A stretch of 64,000 bases of DNA from a virus. Positions 9,505 to 17,643 of this stretch are shown here, in pieces. Position numbers and translations under genes: made by a program. Every line of letters starts with the position of its first letter. Positions within the stretch are counted from its first letter, which is position 1. The notes below the pieces were generated by a model, which had not been told where the DNA came from, made no database searches, and was given only the letters and a program-made list of their open reading frames with translations. The stretch covers positions 32,001 through 96,000 of the IMG/VR virus record IMGVR_UViG_3300047444_000617; one strand, written 5' to 3'.

Positions 9505-9505
9505 A

Positions 9506-10081
9506 TCAACGGCGGACGAGCGACAGGTGCCGCTTCCGCTTCGGAATCTTCCCGGCGGGCACCAGGAGATATCTGGCTCCGGGGTCCAGCGGGTGCAGGC
9601 GGGCGTAGACGTTGCCGTCCTTGTCGCGCCAGGCGGTGGCGTGCGGGTGCCTGTCGCTCAGCACCCATCGCAGGATTCCCGTGACGATCGTCCGGGCTAC
9701 CGGGCTGCCAGTCGGTTCGTAGACGCCGTGTCCCTTGCCGTTCTGGATGGCGTACCGACCCTCCTTGACCACGGAATCCACCGTGTCCGGCGTGATGTAC
9801 GCGGCGTCAGTTCCGGCCGGTACTTCCACAGCGAAGCAGATGAACTCCGGATCGGAAACCTGGGTGCGCTCCCGGATGTCCTGCCGGGGAAAATCCGGTG
9901 CGTAGACCACGCGGGTCCAGTGGGTGTGCGGGTAGGTATTTCCACGCCAGGTATGGACACCCTCCAACACCCGAAGTCCGGTTCCGGTGTGGACGAGCAT
10001 TCCGGGCCTGAGTGCGTGTGCGACGACCGGGCGGGCGCCCTCGGGTCGGTAGTCCTCGATCCAGTACTCGTCGGTGTTCAT
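9506..10081 (-). CDS. Hypothetical protein
   Basis: Start-associated element and promoter upstream. Confidence 0.7.
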   Translation of the reverse strand: MNTDEYWIEDYRPEGARPVVAHALRPGMLVHTGTGLRVLEGVHTWRGNTYPHTHWTRVVYAPDFPRQDIRERTQVSDPEFICFAVEVPAGTDAAYITPDTVDSVVKEGRYAIQNGKGHGVYEPTGSPVARTIVTGILRWVLSDRHPHATAWRDKDGNVYARLHPLDPGARYLLVPAGKIPKRKRHLSLVRR

Positions 10082-10118
10082 GCGGGCCTCCTGGTGTGGG
10101 GCATGGTGTGGTGTGCCG

Positions 10119-10163
10119 ACATTACTAATCCCCGGAACCGTATGTCAAATGGTTCCGGGGATT
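10119..10163 (-). promoter_or_regulatory. Promoter TTGACA-N18-TAATGT whose -35 lies in the loop of a perfect 13-bp inverted repeat
   Basis: AATCCCCGGAACC (10127-10139) / GGTTCCGGGGATT (10151-10163). Confidence 0.7.
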
Positions 10164-10176
10164 TGCTTGCAATGGA

Positions 10177-10632
10177 CTACTGGAGAGGTCGGAGGGAGCC
10201 CGCGATGTTCCGGCGCAGCAGGCGCCACAGGTGCGAGCGGCTGGCCTTCTTCAGCGCGGGCTCTGGGATCCCGTGGCGGGCCTCCCAGCACTCCTGAACA
10301 CGGCGGTGGAGACCAGTCCAGGCATTTCGCTCGATCAACTCAGCGCAGGCCGCGCAGGCCGCCCAATCCCCCTCGAACGCCTGATCCTTGCCGGTGCGGG
10401 GATCCTTACCGGCGATGAAGTCGTGGACCGGCAGGACGAACGCGGGGGCGTCGGTGTTACAGAAGTCGCAGCGGCCTCGAACCTCGTTGTCATCAGCAAC
10501 CACGGGGACGGCCTTGTGGCCTTGCAGACGGTCCTGCTCGTGGTGGTCCCACGACAGGTTTCCCGTGCCGCGCTCCTCCAGTTTCTCCAGGGGGCGCCGA
10601 CACTCCTTGCAGACCATGGGCGGGGTGCTCAC
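10177..10632 (-). CDS. Zinc-binding hypothetical protein
   Basis: CKEC, CDFC, CAAC motifs; GTGA coupling. Confidence 0.7.
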   Translation of the reverse strand: MSTPPMVCKECRRPLEKLEERGTGNLSWDHHEQDRLQGHKAVPVVADDNEVRGRCDFCNTDAPAFVLPVHDFIAGKDPRTGKDQAFEGDWAACAACAELIERNAWTGLHRRVQECWEARHGIPEPALKKASRSHLWRLLRRNIAGSLRPLQ

Positions 10633-11237
10633 TTGGTCACCTTCTGGCCCGGGGAGATGATACGGAAGAGCGAGCCGTCCTCGGCGGTCAGCGTCTCGCC
10701 CTTCTCCATGTCCTTGATGTGCTCAGCCAGCTCTCCGGAGCGCAGGCCCTTGCGCTGCATCTCATCGGTGAGCTGCCCCCAGGCCGCGTCGCGGGCGCTC
10801 TCCTCGGACCGGCCCATCGTGATCCACGGGCTGTCCTCGTGCTTCCCCCGCGTCTGGGCCAGGAACTGGCGGGCGGTGCTGTCGCGGTTGGCCTTCCACC
10901 AGTTGTTCATGTCGGCGAAGAAGGTGGCCGTCTCGTCGGCGCTATCCAGGCTGGGGAAACTCTCCTCCTGGCCGTCGCGAAGGATGGCCAGAACCTGCTC
11001 GCGGGTGAGTCGGACGTCGAACGTCGGCTCCTCCTGCTTCTCCTCCACGGTGACGCGGAAGGTGCGGGTGGCGTCGGTGCCAGTGCTGTCGTTGACCAGC
11101 ACATCGAGAGCCCACGGCCCCGGCTTCTCCAGGGGGTTGACGAAGTCGACGTTCAGCACGTCCTCGGTGTGCAGGGTCGGCCGGGCCGGGCTCGACAGCA
11201 TGTCGCCGATCAGCTTGCGAAGGCCGAGGAGGTTCAT
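10629..11237 (-). CDS. Hypothetical protein
   Basis: AAGGAG RBS, promoter upstream. Confidence 0.7.
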   Translation of the reverse strand: MNLLGLRKLIGDMLSSPARPTLHTEDVLNVDFVNPLEKPGPWALDVLVNDSTGTDATRTFRVTVEEKQEEPTFDVRLTREQVLAILRDGQEESFPSLDSADETATFFADMNNWWKANRDSTARQFLAQTRGKHEDSPWITMGRSEESARDAAWGQLTDEMQRKGLRSGELAEHIKDMEKGETLTAEDGSLFRIISPGQKVTK

Positions 11238-11278
11238 CGTGTGCTCCTTGTCAGGGCGCCGTAGTGGTTACAGGGACG

Positions 11279-11307
11279 AACCTAGTGGCGCCCTTAACGC
11301 TTGTCAA
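11279..11307 (-). promoter_or_regulatory. Promoter TTGACA-N17-TAGGTT
   Basis: Consensus HrdB-type hexamers. Confidence 0.8.
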
Positions 11308-11321
11308 GTGGTCTGTTCAAA

Positions 11322-11537
11322 CTACTTGCTTGTCGTGTACTTGCGCTGGACGACACGACCCCGGGGAGGCTGCTCAACCTCGACGGTCTCCCCCGGCTTG
11401 ACACTGACGGCCTCGACGTCGGTGGCTCCCTCGGCCCGCAGCCTGGCCATACGGTGCTCGGCGCTGCCCCTGTCGTACGCCACGGCGGACACCTTGCGTC
11501 GGCCGCCTTCTGTCCACACGACCCTCAAGTTCTCCAT
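11322..11537 (-). CDS. Hypothetical protein
   Basis: GAGGAG RBS, ATG 11537. Confidence 0.6.
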   Translation of the reverse strand: MENLRVVWTEGGRRKVSAVAYDRGSAEHRMARLRAEGATDVEAVSVKPGETVEVEQPPRGRVVQRKYTTSK

Positions 11538-11545
11538 GGTGCTCC

Positions 11546-12391
11546 TCACGGGTTATCGCGCCAGCGGTCGGCCTTGGGCAGGGTCTCGTTGGCCAACCGG
11601 CACACGGTCCAGGTGGCGTCCTCCAGACCGACCCCCTGCGTCCGCGCACCCTCGAACATCTCGACGGCCTTGCGGGCGACACCCTGATCGCGGTAGCGCC
11701 ACCCCAACGAGCCGAAGGTGTGGTCATAGTCGGGGTCCATCACGCGGGCACCCCAGGTGGTGATCGGGACTTCCTTGCCCTCGACGTAGGTGCGCTCTTC
11801 GGTGTAGCGCATGACCTGGACGCGGTCGCCGGTGCTCAGGGTCAGCGTCTCGACGACCTCCTCACCCTTGTGCTCGCGGGCGGGTTCCTCGCCAGGCGCG
11901 TATCCGAACATCGAGTAGAAGGGCGGCAGCTCCTTCTCCAGGCCGCGCTTCCACCGCTCGCGCATGATGTCGCCCAGGGAGTACCAGTTCCCCAACAGCT
12001 CCAGCAGCTCGGGGGTGATGTCGTAGTGGCCGAGGCGGACGATGCGATTGTCGACGACCTTGCCCTTGCGCTTGAGGGTGAGTGCCGCGCGGCCGTCCTG
12101 CCCGTTGTCGGTGCGGAACACGGCCGACTTGTCGGTGACCTTGGTGACGATCTTGCGGCGACTCCAGGTGGCGTATCGCTCCTCCACGATGTCGCCGACG
12201 ACGAGATCCTTCACCAGCACCTCGCCCGGCTTGAGTGCGGGCCGCTTCTTCGCATCCTCGGCCTGCTGGCGGATGCGCGGGGCCAGGAAGTTGAACCACA
12301 AGGACGCCTGTACGTCCGCCTTGGGGCGGCTCCACCCGAGGTCGTTCATGTGGTCGGCGAGTTCCTTGATGATCTCTTCATCGGTTGGCAT
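11546..12391 (-). CDS. Hypothetical protein
   Basis: ATG 12391 (MPTDEEII) with AGGAG RBS. Confidence 0.7.
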   Translation of the reverse strand: MPTDEEIIKELADHMNDLGWSRPKADVQASLWFNFLAPRIRQQAEDAKKRPALKPGEVLVKDLVVGDIVEERYATWSRRKIVTKVTDKSAVFRTDNGQDGRAALTLKRKGKVVDNRIVRLGHYDITPELLELLGNWYSLGDIMRERWKRGLEKELPPFYSMFGYAPGEEPAREHKGEEVVETLTLSTGDRVQVMRYTEERTYVEGKEVPITTWGARVMDPDYDHTFGSLGWRYRDQGVARKAVEMFEGARTQGVGLEDATWTVCRLANETLPKADRWRDNP

Positions 12392-12404
12392 GTCGTGCTC
12401 CTGA

Positions 12405-12686
12405 TCAGTGAGTGTGAATGGGTGTGGCCGTCCAGTAAGTGTGTGTGGTCCCGGGCTCAGCATCATGGGGCTCCCAGTCACTGACGTGCAGTCCGTAGAA
12501 GCCACGCACCTCACCCATGCCCCAAGCCTTCGCACCATCCGGGTCGTCGGCAGAGATTTCGCTGTTGGCGCCTTTAGGCAAGCCCTTGAGTCCCTGGCCG
12601 AATAGGAGTAGCCAGGTCGCGAGGTCCGTACCTTCGTCCACGTAGGCCAGCGTCCAGTACGGATGGCCGGGGGGAGGCAATGGCAT
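12405..12686 (-). CDS. Hypothetical protein
   Basis: AGGAG RBS, MPLPPPGHPYW... Confidence 0.55.
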   Translation of the reverse strand: MPLPPPGHPYWTLAYVDEGTDLATWLLLFGQGLKGLPKGANSEISADDPDGAKAWGMGEVRGFYGLHVSDWEPHDAEPGTTHTYWTATPIHTH

Positions 12687-12699
12687 CGGAGGCTCCTGA

Positions 12700-12942
12700 T
12701 CAGACGAGGGTGGTGGCGTTGGCGACGCGCGGGCAGCCCTGCGCAATGTAGTCCTGCCAACTGACAATGTTGTTTCGCGTGGCCTGGATGCGGGTCATGA
12801 CCAGCCGCTGTCGCTTGACTGTCCGCTCCCCCTTCCAGCGCCTCTCCAGGGCGCACAGCTCACGCTCGCGCTGCATCAGGAGCTTGTCGGCGGCGGCCTG
12901 GCGCTCGTCCTTCTGGTACGACCGGAACGGGCTGACAGCCAT
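12700..12942 (-). CDS. Basic hypothetical protein
   Basis: Start-associated element and promoter upstream. Confidence 0.65.
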   Translation of the reverse strand: MAVSPFRSYQKDERQAAADKLLMQRERELCALERRWKGERTVKRQRLVMTRIQATRNNIVSWQDYIAQGCPRVANATTLV

Positions 12943-12982
12943 CTCGCGCTCCTCCTGGTGTGGGGTGCTGCTTGCAAGAGAA

Positions 12983-13012
12983 AAACTACAGGGACCGCTC
13001 GACTCATGTCAA
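12983..13012 (-). promoter_or_regulatory. Promoter TTGACA-N18-TAGTTT
   Basis: Hexamers read directly. Confidence 0.7.
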
Positions 13013-13061
13013 GCGATCCCTGTGAAGTGCTTGCTTGTGGCGGTCTCCTGGTCCATGGTGA

Positions 13062-13208
13062 CTACTCCTGGTCTCGTATCGCGGCGTGCTTGACGGTCTT
13101 GCGGGTGCGCTGCTTGCGGGGGCGGGAATCGTGTCCTCCGGCCGCTCCGCTGCGCCGACGCTCCTGGACGGCGCGGACGTACTCGGGGACGTTCTGCTGG
13201 GCGTTCAC
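13062..13208 (-). CDS. Small Arg-rich protein (48 aa; missed by ORF track)
   Basis: AGGAG RBS; VNAQQNVPEYVRAVQERRRSGAAGGHDSRPRKQRTRKTVKHAAIRDQE. Confidence 0.65.
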   Translation of the reverse strand: MNAQQNVPEYVRAVQERRRSGAAGGHDSRPRKQRTRKTVKHAAIRDQE

Positions 13209-13225
13209 GGTCACTCCTGGGCGCA

Positions 13226-13260
13226 GTAGGGGAGATTCCAGGTTATTGAATCTCCCCTAC
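13226..13260 (-). terminator. Perfect 13-bp hairpin
   Basis: GTAGGGGAGATTC / GAATCTCCCCTAC just after stop at 13271. Confidence 0.65.
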
Positions 13261-13270
13261 CGGTTACCAA

Positions 13271-14128
13271 CTACTTGCGCTTGGCCGCGCGCTTCTTCGC
13301 CTCTTCGATCACATCCGCCCAGGTCTTGCCCTCCTTCAGAGCAATGGCCAGGGCGACACGCTCGACGTCCTCGGCACGCTTGTCGCTGTTGCGCCACGGC
13401 TCGAAGTGGTCGGCGAGCCAGCTCCTGGCTGCTGCGAGGGTCTTGATGGTCTCGAACGTGTCGTGTGCGGGCTGGGTGACCATCCGGCCGCCTCGCCGGA
13501 CTTGCCGCTCCGGTACGTGCCAGTCGAAGACCTCCAGCGGGCTGCCGTCAGGGTTGGCGATGGCCTTGGCGGCCTTCTTCGCCTCGCGCTCAGCCTTCTT
13601 CGCCTCGCGTTCCAGCCGGGCAGCCTTGCGCTCCGGCGCCTCCAGCCGTGTCTTCTGCTTGAGGACGTCGACCGGGGCCCACGAAAAGCAGACCGTGCAC
13701 GCCTTCTCGCCCGCGAGGTCGACCAACTCCTCGGCCGTGAGGCCGGACTGCTCGACGAGCCACGCGTAGCGGGTGTCGGGGAAGCACGTGGTGCAGTCCT
13801 GGTCCTTGTGGACGTGTCCGTTGGTGTTGTCGACGAGGTAGTACCGGGTCCAGCGGCGATCGTTGTACTGCGCCTCGCGGGGGTAGACCTCGGTACCGAG
13901 GATTTCCCAGATGCGCTCCTGGAGCGCCTTGTGCTCATCGACCAGCTTGGCGCGGTTCTCCGGCGAGTTGTCCGGGAGCAGGGAGGCGTAGGAACCGGGC
14001 TCGACCTCGTCGATGTGGGACACCCTGGCGTTGATGCGGTGCTGCTGGTTGGTCAGTTCGGCGATCTTGCCGTAGGCGTCGGCCAACTTGGTGTCGATCT
14101 CGACGGGGGTGGCGGTGCTGAAGTCCAT
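13271..14128 (-). CDS. Conserved actinophage protein with GHVH...CxxC...CxxC zinc motif
   Basis: WTRYYLVDNTNGHVHKDQDCTTC...AGEKACTVCF. Confidence 0.75.
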   Translation of the reverse strand: MDFSTATPVEIDTKLADAYGKIAELTNQQHRINARVSHIDEVEPGSYASLLPDNSPENRAKLVDEHKALQERIWEILGTEVYPREAQYNDRRWTRYYLVDNTNGHVHKDQDCTTCFPDTRYAWLVEQSGLTAEELVDLAGEKACTVCFSWAPVDVLKQKTRLEAPERKAARLEREAKKAEREAKKAAKAIANPDGSPLEVFDWHVPERQVRRGGRMVTQPAHDTFETIKTLAAARSWLADHFEPWRNSDKRAEDVERVALAIALKEGKTWADVIEEAKKRAAKRK

Positions 14129-14157
14129 CCGTTGCCTCCTGGTGTGGGGCGTCTTGC

Positions 14158-14197
14158 TGACATGGGAGACGTTACGGGCTCACGTCTCCCATGTCAA
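14158..14197 (-). promoter_or_regulatory. Promoter TTGACA-N17-TAACGT overlaid by a perfect 15-bp inverted repeat
   Basis: TGACATGGGAGACGT (14158-14172) / ACGTCTCCCATGTCA (14182-14196). Confidence 0.75.
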
Positions 14198-14218
14198 GCG
14201 AGTTCACAGAATCACTTG

Positions 14219-14509
14219 TCAGTACTTCTCCAGGTGGTTGCCCGTGCGCTCCTCGTAGACGCGGCGCTTGCGTGCGATGGCCTGCACGCGCAACTCCAGG
14301 CGCTTGGTCCACTCCGCCACTTCGGCGGGAGCGACTACGCCGATCTCGCACTGGCGTAGCCACAGCACAGGGTCGAATCGCTCGCTGGTACCGGTGAGTG
14401 CGTCGGCGATGTCGAAGGCGAGGGCGCGGCGGGCGTCCCTGTCCACATCAGAGTCGGCGATGGCTGCCGACAAGGTCTCGTAGTCGCCTCGGTTCATACC
14501 GCTGGCCAT
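14219..14509 (-). CDS. Hypothetical protein
   Basis: Start-associated element upstream. Confidence 0.7.
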   Translation of the reverse strand: MASGMNRGDYETLSAAIADSDVDRDARRALAFDIADALTGTSERFDPVLWLRQCEIGVVAPAEVAEWTKRLELRVQAIARKRRVYEERTGNHLEKY

Positions 14510-14552
14510 GATCTACCTCCTGGTGTGGGGTGCGTTTGCGTGGAGAGTACTA

Positions 14553-14590
14553 CGGGCCACCTGACCGTGTTGCAGTGGTCAGGTGGCCCG
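14553..14590. terminator. Perfect 14-bp inverted repeat (terminator and/or operator)
   Basis: CGGGCCACCTGACC / GGTCAGGTGGCCCG. Confidence 0.6.
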
Positions 14591-14608
14591 CTGGGGGTGC
14601 TGGAAGGG

Positions 14609-15466
14609 TCAGGCGGCGATGCCCGTGCGCTGGCCGCCGATGGCCTTGTTGCTGCCCAGACGGGCGGAGCGGGCAGCGTCGTCACCGGCGGAGCGCGCGC
14701 TGTAACTGGTCGACGACGTCGGCTTGTAGCCCTTCCAAGAACCCCTGGCGGTGGAGTGCTCGGTGTAGTAGCCGTTGATCTCCGCCTTCTTGTCCATCAG
14801 GACCAGCTCGGCGGACACCTTGACCTCCTGGGCGGTGCCGTCGGCCGCCTCCTCGTGGATGGTGACGGTGGAGTTCTTGGCCGCCTTCAGTGCCTCCTCG
14901 CGGGCCTCGCGCAGCCGGTAGGCGATGCGCTGGGTGAAGGAGTCGTAGAAGTTGGCGCGGGCGGTGCGTCCGTCCACCGGCCGCTCCTCGTAATCCGTGT
15001 AGACGTCGCCCCAGTAGTCGCGCTTCTTCACCGCGCGGCTGACCGTCTCCTTCTTGTACTCGCCCTTCTTCAGCCACGCGGTGGCGGCCTCGGTCATCTG
15101 GAAGAGCAGGGAGGCGTACAGCACCTCGACGACCTCGATGTCGGAGGGCATGCCGAACGCGATGACGTAGGTGGAGTTCTGGGCGATGTTGATCGTCAGG
15201 TCGTTGTTGCGTGAGACGGCGTGGAAGAGGTTGACGAGCCGGGCGTTGTTGTTCTTGCGGACCTGCCCGATGGTGATCGTCTTGTGGGTAGGCTGCTCGC
15301 GCTGCTCCTTCTTCGCCGTGTGGCGCCGGGCAACGGCCAGGTCGATGCTGGTCTGCGTGGCGAGGGCCTGCGCCTTCCTCATGGCCGCGTCGGCTTCCTC
15401 GGGGGTGCCCGCGTTCTCGGCCTGGTTGAGGATCTTGGCCAGCTTGTCGAGCATGCGGTCGCTCAT
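14609..15466 (-). CDS. DUF2786-domain protein (Rv0184-like)
   Basis: N-terminal MLDKLAKILNQAE...TPEEADAAMRKAQAL is the DUF2786 signature. Confidence 0.8.
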   Translation of the reverse strand: MSDRMLDKLAKILNQAENAGTPEEADAAMRKAQALATQTSIDLAVARRHTAKKEQREQPTHKTITIGQVRKNNNARLVNLFHAVSRNNDLTINIAQNSTYVIAFGMPSDIEVVEVLYASLLFQMTEAATAWLKKGEYKKETVSRAVKKRDYWGDVYTDYEERPVDGRTARANFYDSFTQRIAYRLREAREEALKAAKNSTVTIHEEAADGTAQEVKVSAELVLMDKKAEINGYYTEHSTARGSWKGYKPTSSTSYSARSAGDDAARSARLGSNKAIGGQRTGIAA

Positions 15467-15506
15467 TGGGTGCTCCTCCTGGTGTGGGGGCTTAGTGGTG
15501 AGTGGA

Positions 15507-15941
15507 TCAGGCTTCGACGTGCTCGTGGATGTCGAGCAGGTTCTCCGGGAGGGTCTCGGTGTACTTCACCCTCGGCGCACCCTTCCTGGCGTCGTCCCAG
15601 TTGCTGGAAGCGGTGGAGAACGACCTGCGCTCGAAGAGGGTCACCAGGCGCTCGCGGAGGACTTTGGTGCCCGCCGCGCCCTCGTTGCGACTGACGAGTT
15701 TCTGGGCCTCGTAGTAGTCCATGTGGCGGGCCAGCTCGGCGATGACGTCCACCCGGTTCATGGCCTGCACGCGAGCCCGGTAGCCCGGGGCCTTCTCGGT
15801 CTGCATGTCCTTGAGGGCGTTGCGTACTGCGCGCGTGTGGGCGTTGCCGAGCTGCTGCTGCGTGCGCTTGCCCTGCTCGGTTCGGATGACCCGCTCTTCG
15901 CCACATACGCGGATCGTGGTCTCGCGGTAGTTCCTGTCCAC
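15507..15941 (-). CDS. Basic hypothetical protein
   Basis: Start-associated element upstream. Confidence 0.65.
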   Translation of the reverse strand: MDRNYRETTIRVCGEERVIRTEQGKRTQQQLGNAHTRAVRNALKDMQTEKAPGYRARVQAMNRVDVIAELARHMDYYEAQKLVSRNEGAAGTKVLRERLVTLFERRSFSTASSNWDDARKGAPRVKYTETLPENLLDIHEHVEA

Positions 15942-15983
15942 GGGGACCGCTCCTCCTGGTGTGGGGGCTGGCTGATGAGGACG

Positions 15984-16013
15984 AATCTACGGGTCACTCT
16001 TACCGATTGTCAA
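15984..16013 (-). promoter_or_regulatory. Promoter TTGACA-N18-TAGATT
   Basis: Hexamers read directly; spacer starts with ATCGGTAAG. Confidence 0.75.
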
Positions 16014-16027
16014 GCGGTATCGCCAAA

Positions 16028-16363
16028 TTACTTTCTGGGCTGTCCACCGCTGGGGATGCTGATCACGCGCTTGCCCCGGCGGTGGTCGAACCGCATCTCC
16101 TTGGCCCGGTCGGCAGCGATCTCGTCGTAGATCTCGTTCACCGCCTTGACGGCGTCATTGATGGTGGTGAACGGCCCGCCGGTGCGCTCGGTCAGCCGAG
16201 GGGTGTGCAGGTCGAAGTACCAGCCGACGTCCTCGGCCGTGATGTCATCCTCGGTGGGGTTCTCGACGACCTGGTCGGCAGTGACGCGCCAGATGGCCCC
16301 GAGGCGCCCGAACTCATCGGTGGGGTAGATGATGCCTTCGCCGCCGACCTTGAGGGTGAGCAT
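16028..16363 (-). CDS. Hypothetical protein
   Basis: AGGAG RBS. Confidence 0.7.
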   Translation of the reverse strand: MLTLKVGGEGIIYPTDEFGRLGAIWRVTADQVVENPTEDDITAEDVGWYFDLHTPRLTERTGGPFTTINDAVKAVNEIYDEIAADRAKEMRFDHRRGKRVISIPSGGQPRK

Positions 16364-16405
16364 GGGGTGTTCTCCTGTCCAGAGGGTGGTAAGCGGTACT
16401 TGCGG

Positions 16406-16633
16406 TCAGCCGTGGTGCTTCAGTGCGTCCATGGCGGCCTGGGCGTCCTTGAACGCGCTGTTTCGGATGGTCTTGATGACCTCCCACACGAAGAGGTCGT
16501 CGGGGTCGACGGGGAACATATCGTCGGTGACTGCCTTATCCCGCAGGCCCGCATTGATCAGGCGCGCGACGGCGTTGCGCAGCCGGGCCTCGCGGTTCGG
16601 ATCCATGGGTGCGGTCATGGTGCGGCCTTTCAT
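16406..16633 (-). CDS. Hypothetical protein
   Basis: ATGA coupling. Confidence 0.6.
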   Translation of the reverse strand: MKGRTMTAPMDPNREARLRNAVARLINAGLRDKAVTDDMFPVDPDDLFVWEVIKTIRNSAFKDAQAAMDALKHHG

Positions 16634-17148
16634 ATGTTGGCGAGGGCGCCGAACGAGACACCGTGGCGGGTGAAGGAGTCGGTCAGTAGCAGACCGATCT
16701 CCGGCCCCATGACCTCGCGCACCATGTGCAGGAAGGTGCTGGCGAACACGGCGTCGTGATGCTCTCCGCGCGGCGCGAGGTGGTGGCTCAACTCGTGCAG
16801 GATTACCAGTTCCCGCATAGCCCAGGATGACTCACCCGGCTTGTGGTCGGGGATGGCGAACACCTGGCCCAGCGACTCGTAGTGGGCGAACCGGTCGCCC
16901 TTGCGCTGGCGGACGCGGACAGGCAGGACAGTGCGCTCCGGCCAGGTACTGCGGACCCAGTTCAGGGCCAGCACGGCGTCGATGTAGCGCTGGATGCTGT
17001 CCAGGTCGCCGAACTTGCGCTCCCGGGGAACGAGGAGGCTGGATCCGTAGAAGTCGAAGGTGGGGACGTCGACACCGGCGAGGGAGTCGAGCGTGCGGCG
17101 GACCATCTTCTCGGCCTCGTAGACCTTGGACTTCTGGTTGTCGCGCAC
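16630..17148 (-). CDS. TIGR04338 / Rv0185-family HExxH metallohydrolase
   Basis: MRDNQKSKVYEAE, RKFG, VRVRQRKG, AHYE, WAMRELVILHELSHHL, H..VF. Confidence 0.85.
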   Translation of the reverse strand: MRDNQKSKVYEAEKMVRRTLDSLAGVDVPTFDFYGSSLLVPRERKFGDLDSIQRYIDAVLALNWVRSTWPERTVLPVRVRQRKGDRFAHYESLGQVFAIPDHKPGESSWAMRELVILHELSHHLAPRGEHHDAVFASTFLHMVREVMGPEIGLLLTDSFTRHGVSFGALANI

Positions 17149-17150
17149 CG

Positions 17151-17501
17151 TCAGGACTCCTTGCCAGTGAGAGCAAAGATGACCTTGCGCTTGGCCTCGG
17201 CGTAACCGAGCTTGAAGCCCTGCTCCTTGGCCGCGTTGACCAGGTTCTCGGTGTGGGAGCGGGCGCCGCGCTCGGAGGTGCCACTACCCATGATCAGGAC
17301 GATGTTGTCGGAGATCTCGTACTCCAGTGGACGGCGAGGGTGCTCGATGACGGGGCCCTTGTCGCGGCCCGCGTTGTAGATGCCGTCCAGGGCGCGGCGC
17401 AGGTCGTCAATGTTCAGGTCCGCTCCCTGGCCGACCAGCTCGATGACGGCCGCGTACTTCTTCTCAAGGGCAAGGTAGTCGCGGACGCTGTTATCGGTCA
17501 T
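17151..17501 (-). CDS. Hypothetical protein
   Basis: Start-associated element upstream. Confidence 0.7.
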   Translation of the reverse strand: MTDNSVRDYLALEKKYAAVIELVGQGADLNIDDLRRALDGIYNAGRDKGPVIEHPRRPLEYEISDNIVLIMGSGTSERGARSHTENLVNAAKEQGFKLGYAEAKRKVIFALTGKES

Positions 17502-17546
17502 GGTGTGCTCCTCCTGGTGTGGGGGCTGGTCTTGGTGACGAGAGAT

Positions 17547-17574
17547 ACGGTACTCAGGAATCGGTAGCTGTCAA
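17547..17574 (-). promoter_or_regulatory. Promoter TTGACA-N16-TACCGT opening the accessory region
   Basis: Perfect -35, plausible -10; hairpin at about 17592-17627 upstream. Confidence 0.6.
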
Positions 17575-17643
17575 GCCGTATCCCAAAGAGACAGGCCGCG
17601 AGCCGCTGACATGCGACTCACGGCCTGGGGGAGGCTGCAGGAA

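Larger units (their letters stand above)
6455..17524 (-). repeat. Nine identical 15-bp start-associated elements CCCCACACCAGGAGG (6455, 7930, 10087, 12951, 14135, 14516, 15475, 15952, 17510)
   Basis: Each copy seen as CCTCCTGGTGTGGGG on the + strand, 5-10 nt upstream of a minus-strand start codon. Confidence 0.9.

Noticed and set aside
6455-17524. 15-bp repeats as a CRISPR array or integron attC sites
   Set aside because: Spacing is irregular (0.4-3 kb), the repeats are non-palindromic and always at RBS position, and no integrase is seen
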